Assembly: GCA_964436855.1 (NCBI GenBank)
Contig: CAYTED010000005.1
Coordinates: 2,539 to 66,538 of the forward strand
Source of the DNA: an uncultured Bdellovibrionales bacterium
Lineage (GTDB): Bacteria > Patescibacteriota > Minisyncoccia > Moranbacterales > UBA1568
Length of the DNA: 64,000 bases
Direction: 5' to 3'
Shown one piece after another: positions 57,754 to 64,000 of this stretch (position 1 is the stretch's first letter; every line of letters starts with the position of its first letter). A program made the position numbers and the translations under genes. The notes under the pieces were generated by a model. The model was not told the origin of the DNA and did not search any database. It was given only the letters and a program-made list of their open reading frames with translations.

Positions 57754-58860
57754 ATGACACCCGAGCCACTTTACTTTCACGCGCTTCGACTCATTCCTGG
57801 TATCGGCGCGAAAACCCTCGTCTCGCTCATTGAACGGTTCGGCTCCGCGGAAGCGATCTGGAACGCAACCGAAAGCGAACTCTCCGAATCCAAACTCATC
57901 GGACCGAAAGCAATCGCAGCGCTTCTCGATATACGTCGGTCTTTTTCTTTCGAACGCGAACAAGAATTGCTTGAAAAAGAAAGTATCGCCCTCCTCCCCT
58001 GTACCGATTCCTCCTATCCGAAACTCCTTCGAGAAATCCCCGATTTTCCCCCGCTTCTCTATATCCGCGGCAATTTTTCCGGTTGGAATGAAAAACATTT
58101 CCTCACCGTTATCGGATCGCGGAAATTCACCCGCTATGGAAAAGAAGTCGCCGAAAAATTCGCAGCCGATGCCGTCCGGGTCGGATTTGTTGTTACAAGC
58201 GGACTCGCTTTCGGTATCGATGCGATCGCACATACGACCGCACTTGATTCGGGCGGGGAAACCGTGGCCGTGCTCGGAAGCGGTATCAATGATACCCATA
58301 TCACCCCGCAAACAAATCTTTCCCTCGCAAAACGCATCTTAACGCGTGGCGCGCTCGTTTCGGAATACCCACCCGGTACGGAAGCAAACAAAGGAACTTT
58401 CCCGGCCCGCAACCGCATTATGGCGGGACTTTCCTTTGGGACACTGGTTATCGAAGCCGCGGAAAAAAGCGGAACACTCATTACCGCGCGACTCGCGCTT
58501 GATTACAATCGCGATGTCTTTGCCGTTCCCGGATCGATCTTCTCTCCTCTTTCGATCGGCTGTCACAAACTCCTCCGAGAGGGCGCGAAGTTCACCGGAA
58601 GCATCGAAGATGTCCTCGAGGAATGCGCGACCTTTTTTTCACCGCAAAGAGACTCTCTCGCGGAAAAAACCCTTCCGGAAAATCTCTCTTCGCACGAACG
58701 CCTCCTCGCAAAACACCTCTCCCACGAACCCCTCCACATTGACAATCTCGTAAAACTCTCTACACTCGATACGTCCGATATTCTTGCCGCCCTCACTCTC
58801 CTCGAGCTCAAGGGACTTGCCAAAAACATCGGCGGGCAACAATATATAAGAAGCCGATGA
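57754..58860 (+). CDS. dprA: DNA-processing protein DprA
   Basis: YPKLLREI..PPLLY.RG, IGSR, SGLAFGIDA.AH, FPARNRI, EAAEKSG, C-terminal winged helix; start ATG 57754. Confidence 0.96.
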   Translation: MTPEPLYFHALRLIPGIGAKTLVSLIERFGSAEAIWNATESELSESKLIGPKAIAALLDIRRSFSFEREQELLEKESIALLPCTDSSYPKLLREIPDFPPLLYIRGNFSGWNEKHFLTVIGSRKFTRYGKEVAEKFAADAVRVGFVVTSGLAFGIDAIAHTTALDSGGETVAVLGSGINDTHITPQTNLSLAKRILTRGALVSEYPPGTEANKGTFPARNRIMAGLSFGTLVIEAAEKSGTLITARLALDYNRDVFAVPGSIFSPLSIGCHKLLREGAKFTGSIEDVLEECATFFSPQRDSLAEKTLPENLSSHERLLAKHLSHEPLHIDNLVKLSTLDTSDILAALTLLELKGLAKNIGGQQYIRSR

Positions 58861-58965
58861 ATAAAGAATCTAGAATCAAGAATCTAGATTTAAAAAATAC
58901 AAGAAATGTTATTTCCCTATCCCTTCCTAAAAATCCAGATTCTAAATTCCAGATTCCAGATTCTT
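58860..58965. repeat. Heptamer-periodic inverted repeat between dprA and topA
   Basis: AGAATCT AGAATCA AGAATCT ... AGATTCT AAATTCC AGATTCC AGATTCT. Confidence 0.75.
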
Positions 58966-58970
58966 CATAT

Positions 58971-61148
58971 ATGAAGTTACTCATCGTCGAATCTCCCTCG
59001 AAAGCGAAAACCATTGAAAAATATTTGCAGGGCGACTATAAGGTGGTGGCTTCGGTTGGTCATATCCGCGATCTCCCGAAGTCAAACAAAGACGCTATCG
59101 ATATCGAAAACGGTTTCAAGCCGCGTTATGTTATCACGCCCGGAAAAGAGGCGGTTGTCGAACAACTCCGAACTCTCGTAAAAAAAAGCAAAGAAGTTCT
59201 CCTTGCAACCGACCCCGACCGCGAAGGAGAGGCGATCGCCTGGCATGTCGCCGATGTGTGCGATTTAAAAAAACCGCGACGCGTTCTTTTTTACGAAATC
59301 ACCGAAAACGCCGTGAAGGGAGCCGTTACGCATCCGCGCGCGCTCGATCGGAACCTCCGCAAAGCGCAAGAAGCGCGCCGCGTTCTCGACCGTCTCGTCG
59401 GCTACGATCTCTCCGGACTCGTCTGGAAAAAAGTACGCTACGGACTTTCTGCCGGACGCGTACAATCCCCGGCACTTCATATTCTCGCCGAGCGCGAACG
59501 AGAGATTCGCGCCTTTGTCCCGGAAACGTATTTCACCATTACCGCCGACACGGAAACAAAGAAAAAAGAACGTATCCGTTTTGTCTGCAGCGTGGAACCG
59601 AAAGAAAAGAAAGAGTCTGACAAAATCCTTTCCAACGCTCGCAAAAAAGAGTGGGTCATTACCGATGTAACGACAACCGAAGCGAAACGACGGCCGAACG
59701 CGCCATTCACCACCTCGACCCTCCAACAGTCCGCCAGCTCCCGTTTTGGAATGTCGCCATCACGCACAATGCGCGCCGCACAGAAACTCTACGAAAAAGG
59801 GTACATTACATATATGCGCACCGATTCGGTTTCACTTTCGGAAGAAATCCTTCCAAAACTCGCGACGATCATCGAGAGAGAATTCGGCGAAAAATATCTT
59901 TCTGTCCGACGCTACCAAACAAAATCCAAAAACGCCCAGGAAGCGCATGAGGCAATTCGCCCCACCGACCCCGGGAAAAAAGCCGCCGGATTTTCGGATG
60001 ATGAAAAGAAACTCTATGTTCTTATTCGAACACGCACCCTCGCCTCGCAGATGAGCGACGCGGAAATACTCCGGACAAAAATCATCGCGAATACCACGGA
60101 CAAAAAACTTCCCGACTTTACGGCGAACGGGTCCCATCTCCTTTTTCCCGGTTGGCTCGCGCTCGACACTGCCGCGCGCGGGGACGATGTCGAAGTCCCG
60201 CAGGTTGCCACAAATGATCCGCTCGTCCTCAAGGGTATCGACGCGGAAGAAAAACAAACCGAGCCGCCAAAACGCTATACGGAAGCCGGTCTCGTCAAAG
60301 AATTGGAAAAACGAGGAATTGGCCGACCGTCTACGTATGCCGCCATCGTCAAAACCATTCAGGATCGCGGTTATGTGGAAAAAGACGGAAAATCCCTTGT
60401 CGTTACCGACACAGGCATCGTCGTCGACGATTTTCTCTTCAAACATTTCAGCGAAATCGTGTCCGAACAATTCACCGCGGATATGGAAAACAAGCTCGAC
60501 GATATTGCCAATGGCGATCGGGAATACGAGAAGACGCTCAAAGAATTCTACACGCCGTTTAAAAAAGAAGTGAAGTCAAAAGACAAGGTCGACAAGGTTA
60601 CGACAATGGGCGATGCGCCGAAAGAAATGAAGTGTCCGAAGTGCGGGTCAGGCATGGTTATCAAACTTTCTCGTAGTGGAAAATTTTTCTCTTGTTCGCG
60701 ATTCCCCGATTGCGACGGTGCACTCACCGAAGAAGGAAAAGTTGTCGAACCGCCGAAAGAAACCGGGGAACTGTGTCCCGATTGCAAGACCGGAAAACTC
60801 GTCGAGCGCGACGGCAAATACGGAAAGTTCATCGCCTGCTCCAATTTTCCCAAGTGCAAATACGTCCGCAATGACGAAAAATCCGTCGTCTCCTCGGGCG
60901 TACAATGCCCCGTCTGCAATTCGGGCGAAATGGTCGAACGACGTGGCCGCTTCGGCACATTTTATTCGTGCTCAAATTATCCAAAATGCAAAAACGCGAT
61001 CAAGGCGAAACCGACCGGCAAACTTTGCAAAATGTGCGGATCGCTCATGATGGAAGGAACCAAAACCATTCCCGAGCGCTGCTCAAAAAAAGAGTGCCCC
61101 AATCACAATCCGCACAAACTGAAAGGAAGCTCCGCTTCGAAAAAGTAG
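58971..61148 (+). CDS. topA: DNA topoisomerase I
   Basis: LIVESPSKAKTI, ATDPDREGEAI, SAGRVQS, ITYMRTDS (catalytic Tyr), QEAHEAIRPT, C-terminal Zn ribbons. Confidence 0.98.
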   Translation: MKLLIVESPSKAKTIEKYLQGDYKVVASVGHIRDLPKSNKDAIDIENGFKPRYVITPGKEAVVEQLRTLVKKSKEVLLATDPDREGEAIAWHVADVCDLKKPRRVLFYEITENAVKGAVTHPRALDRNLRKAQEARRVLDRLVGYDLSGLVWKKVRYGLSAGRVQSPALHILAEREREIRAFVPETYFTITADTETKKKERIRFVCSVEPKEKKESDKILSNARKKEWVITDVTTTEAKRRPNAPFTTSTLQQSASSRFGMSPSRTMRAAQKLYEKGYITYMRTDSVSLSEEILPKLATIIEREFGEKYLSVRRYQTKSKNAQEAHEAIRPTDPGKKAAGFSDDEKKLYVLIRTRTLASQMSDAEILRTKIIANTTDKKLPDFTANGSHLLFPGWLALDTAARGDDVEVPQVATNDPLVLKGIDAEEKQTEPPKRYTEAGLVKELEKRGIGRPSTYAAIVKTIQDRGYVEKDGKSLVVTDTGIVVDDFLFKHFSEIVSEQFTADMENKLDDIANGDREYEKTLKEFYTPFKKEVKSKDKVDKVTTMGDAPKEMKCPKCGSGMVIKLSRSGKFFSCSRFPDCDGALTEEGKVVEPPKETGELCPDCKTGKLVERDGKYGKFIACSNFPKCKYVRNDEKSVVSSGVQCPVCNSGEMVERRGRFGTFYSCSNYPKCKNAIKAKPTGKLCKMCGSLMMEGTKTIPERCSKKECPNHNPHKLKGSSASKK

Positions 61149-61233
61149 CCTTTGCGAAAAGCAGACGCCCTGATCTCCTTGTATTGAAATCTCTGTCGCC
61201 GTATTATAGAGGGGGTATCCTCTCTTTTCTTTT

Positions 61234-62622
61234 ATGACACACTCTCAAGAAAATCCCTTTCAAGCGGTTTTTGAAAAACAAAAACGGTTCTTTGCGAGCG
61301 GCGCTACTCGCTCGATCGAATTCCGCATCGAACAAATTCGGAAACTTGAAGACGCTCTCCAAAACAAGGAGGACGAAATATTTGATGCCTTGCAAAAAGA
61401 CTTTCAAAAATCCCCCATCCCTTCGTACACCGGAGAACTTGGCTTGCTTTTTGAGGAGTGTCGAATTGCCCGAAAAAATCTCTCTTCCTGGATGCGACCA
61501 CAGAAAGTTTCTGCACCGAAATTTCTTCCATTCACTCGGAGTTTCTTTGTTCGTGAGCCGTATGGCACACTGCTCATTATCAGTCCCTTCAATGTACCCT
61601 TCGTCGGCCCGCTCCTTCCGCTCATTGGAAGTATTGCCGCCGGAAATTGCAGCGTCCTCAAAATATCCGATCAGGCAAAAGCATCTGAAAAAATTGTCGA
61701 AGATATTATTCGCAGCACCTTCTCGGAAGAATTTGTCGCCGTCGTTACCGGCTCGAGAGTCGAAACCGAGGCTTTGCTTGAGCTTCCATTCGGGCATTTC
61801 TTTTTTATGGGCGGCACCGAGACTGGAAGAGCCGTACTTGCCGCAGCAACAAAACATCTTGCCCCAGCGACACTCGAACTTGGCGGAAAATGTCCCGCCA
61901 TTGTCGATGCCAACACTTCACTCGAAACCGCCGCTCGAAGGATTATCTGGGGACGATTTTTCAATGCCGGACAAGAGTGCGTCTCGATTGATCATGTCTA
62001 TGTGCCGACCGAAACAAAAGAAACGTTCGTTGAACTTCTCAAGAAATATATCGTGGAATTTTTTGGAAAGAATCCGAAAGAAAGTCCCGACTATGAGCGA
62101 ATTGTGAGCGAGCGTCATTTTGATCGTATCGTTCGATTTTTGGGCGAAGGACGCGTTCTGTTTGGCGGTGAGACCGATCGAGAAGAGCGATACATCGCTC
62201 CGACACTCATAGACTCACTTCCGGAAAATTCTCTGGCCCTGCAAGAAGAAATATTCGGTCCCATCCTTCCCATTATCGAGTACGACTCTCTTGATTCCGT
62301 TCTTTCTGATATACAAAATCGCCCAAAGCCACTTGCCGTGTATATTTTCTCTCATGATAGAGCATTTCAGAAAAATATCATCGAAGGCACGCAGTCTGGC
62401 AGTGTCTGTATCAATGACTCTCAAATTCAAAACGTTCTCTCCGCTCTTCCAATCGGCGGCATCGGACAAAGCGGATTTGGACGAATTCACGGTCGGTTTA
62501 CTTTTGAGGCGTTTTCACAAACCCGTTCGATCGTGAAGCAAATTTTTTCTTTCGATCCTCCGGGACGATTTCCTCCCTACAATGAAAAATTTCTTTTCTT
62601 TATCAAAAAACTGCTTGGATAA
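61234..62622 (+). CDS. Aldehyde dehydrogenase (family 3/CalB-like)
   Basis: REPYG..LIISPFN.P, LELGGKCP, NAGQEC, EEIFGPILP, PKPLA.YIF. Confidence 0.93.
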   Translation: MTHSQENPFQAVFEKQKRFFASGATRSIEFRIEQIRKLEDALQNKEDEIFDALQKDFQKSPIPSYTGELGLLFEECRIARKNLSSWMRPQKVSAPKFLPFTRSFFVREPYGTLLIISPFNVPFVGPLLPLIGSIAAGNCSVLKISDQAKASEKIVEDIIRSTFSEEFVAVVTGSRVETEALLELPFGHFFFMGGTETGRAVLAAATKHLAPATLELGGKCPAIVDANTSLETAARRIIWGRFFNAGQECVSIDHVYVPTETKETFVELLKKYIVEFFGKNPKESPDYERIVSERHFDRIVRFLGEGRVLFGGETDREERYIAPTLIDSLPENSLALQEEIFGPILPIIEYDSLDSVLSDIQNRPKPLAVYIFSHDRAFQKNIIEGTQSGSVCINDSQIQNVLSALPIGGIGQSGFGRIHGRFTFEAFSQTRSIVKQIFSFDPPGRFPPYNEKFLFFIKKLLG

Positions 62623-62633
62623 AGGAAAAATCG

Positions 62634-62656
62634 AAGGCCTCACCCGAGGCCTTTTT
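62634..62656. terminator. Terminator between convergent genes
   Basis: AAGGCCTC-accc-GAGGCCTT followed by T run. Confidence 0.7.
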
Positions 62657-62676
62657 CGTTTTAATATGCGTATTTT

Positions 62677-63834
62677 TTAAAGCGGTGCAAGCGGCGTGTC
62701 GTGTTCGATATAATATCGGACGATCTTCGGAAGGTACTCTCGGAGCGGTGGGATAGTGACACCTTTCGACGCGAGGAAATCGCGCGTGTTTTTTGTCGCC
62801 ACATTGACATCGACAAAATAAAATTTCAGAAAATTTCGCTGCGAGTTCATCTGCGAACGAACCAATCCCCATGTGAAGGGCAATACGATAGAAAAGAGAA
62901 TGTAAATGAGTTTTGGCGAAAGAGAAGGACGGATCGACTGCTCTTTTCCCGAAATATCCCGATAGATCGACTGGAGCAAACGGAGAAATTCCGGCAACGA
63001 AACAAAATTTTCTCTTCCCGAACTGATATGATACACGCGACCGATCGCTTCCGGCGCATCGAAAAGAACACATATCGACTTGGCGACCGCATCCACCGAA
63101 ACCGCATCTATTTGCAAGCGATTATTCACGGGAATCACCGGCGTTTGCGGACGGAGAAAAAGATCCCGGATCATATAGTACAATCCCTGTGGATTGAGTA
63201 TTTTTCCACTTTGCGAATCGCCGACGATCATCCCGGGACGAACAATAGTGAGCGGAAGCCCCTCCTCATCCATTCGACGCTTCAAAGACGTTTCCGCTTC
63301 CGCCTTCGCGTATTCGTATGTATTGAAATATTCGTTCTCATTTCGCAACGGAAGAAAATCTTCCGGAACATCGCCATGAAGCGGGATCGCAATCTCTTCC
63401 GTACTCACATAGACAAATCGACGGAACGAATCGCTCGCTCGCATACAGTGTCTCGCGAAATCCGCAAGATATTCCGTTCCGGTCACAATGCTCTTTCTCG
63501 CATCCTCAAGAGGGAGGTCCAGTCTGAAATTTGCGGCGCAGTGAATAATATGCGTCGTTTCCCGCGAGAGACGAAGTGTCGCTTCGGAAGAAAGCCCGAG
63601 ATCGGAACGCGTAATATCGCCAAGAAAAATCTCGACTCGATCCCGAAAATACTCCGCGGAATCATCCCAAAACGCAATCGCGTCTCGAACGGATCGCTCC
63701 GCCTCTTCTTGATTTTCGGCTCGAACCAACAATTTGAAACGAGCCTCGGGATCCCGAAGCAACTCTCGCATCAGTCGAGAACCGAGATTTCCGGTAACGC
63801 CGGTCAAGAAAATCGTTTTCTGATTCGTATTCAT
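62677..63834 (-). CDS. Extended SDR, fatty acyl/thioester reductase-like (NAD_binding_4)
   Basis: FLTGVTGNLG, GDIT..DLGL, IIHCAA, NTYEYAK (YxxxK), IVRPGMIVGDS. Confidence 0.85.
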   Translation of the reverse strand: MNTNQKTIFLTGVTGNLGSRLMRELLRDPEARFKLLVRAENQEEAERSVRDAIAFWDDSAEYFRDRVEIFLGDITRSDLGLSSEATLRLSRETTHIIHCAANFRLDLPLEDARKSIVTGTEYLADFARHCMRASDSFRRFVYVSTEEIAIPLHGDVPEDFLPLRNENEYFNTYEYAKAEAETSLKRRMDEEGLPLTIVRPGMIVGDSQSGKILNPQGLYYMIRDLFLRPQTPVIPVNNRLQIDAVSVDAVAKSICVLFDAPEAIGRVYHISSGRENFVSLPEFLRLLQSIYRDISGKEQSIRPSLSPKLIYILFSIVLPFTWGLVRSQMNSQRNFLKFYFVDVNVATKNTRDFLASKGVTIPPLREYLPKIVRYYIEHDTPLAPL

Positions 63835-64000
63835 ACGCCAATATCCTTTTTGCCTAATCCAAGCCGCTTGAGCGACTCTTCGATCGACTTCGATAAAAAT
63901 CTGTCTGTTTTCGCCGCATATTCAACCAGTTCAAAAACATTCCGCCAAAATTTTTTGTCCGCACGTCCCGAGCGAATCATCCTCGTAAACTCCGGTTCCC
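63831..64000 (-). CDS. 3' end of an unidentified gene
   Basis: Open frame ...EPEFTRMIRSGRADKKFWRNVFELVEYAAKTDRFLSKSIEESLKRLGLGKKDIGV*; stop overlaps the SDR start (ATGA). Confidence 0.6.
   Translation of the reverse strand, partial: EPEFTRMIRSGRADKKFWRNVFELVEYAAKTDRFLSKSIEESLKRLGLGKKDIGV

Overview
A gene-dense bacterial chromosome segment. Gene content and style (short UvrA, short SMC, five-LamG surface protein, solo PemK, RAYT, stand-alone SET protein, few canonical SD sites) point to a Patescibacteria/CPR genome; Parcubacteria or Moranbacteria-like is my inference. Housekeeping blocks: pepA, rarA, tsaC, uvrA, uvrB, dnaX, tRNA-Gln, folB, rplJL with L10 leader, rpsP, smc, rnc, nusB, rpmF, rnhB, dnaE, miaA, dprA, topA. 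Main accessory signals: (1) An Ehr/Hyf-type complex-I-like operon whose large subunit lacks the NiFe cysteines and whose small subunit has lost all four Fe-S cysteines. It sits behind a CPA1 Na+/H+ antiporter and DedA, with two promoter-proximal terminator/antiterminator leaders. (2) A solo PemK/MazF-fold toxin facing a convergent, separately promoted ~90-nt structured RNA, a candidate RNA antitoxin. (3) A RAYT flanked by 36-bp palindromes and a 22-bp direct repeat that duplicates the 3' end of a glycosyltransferase. (4) Unannotated small ORFs, candidate ncRNAs, long palindromes and dispersed heptamer-repeat elements, two of them read in frame in or ahead of coding sequence. All family assignments are from motif recognition by eye; no database searches were run.
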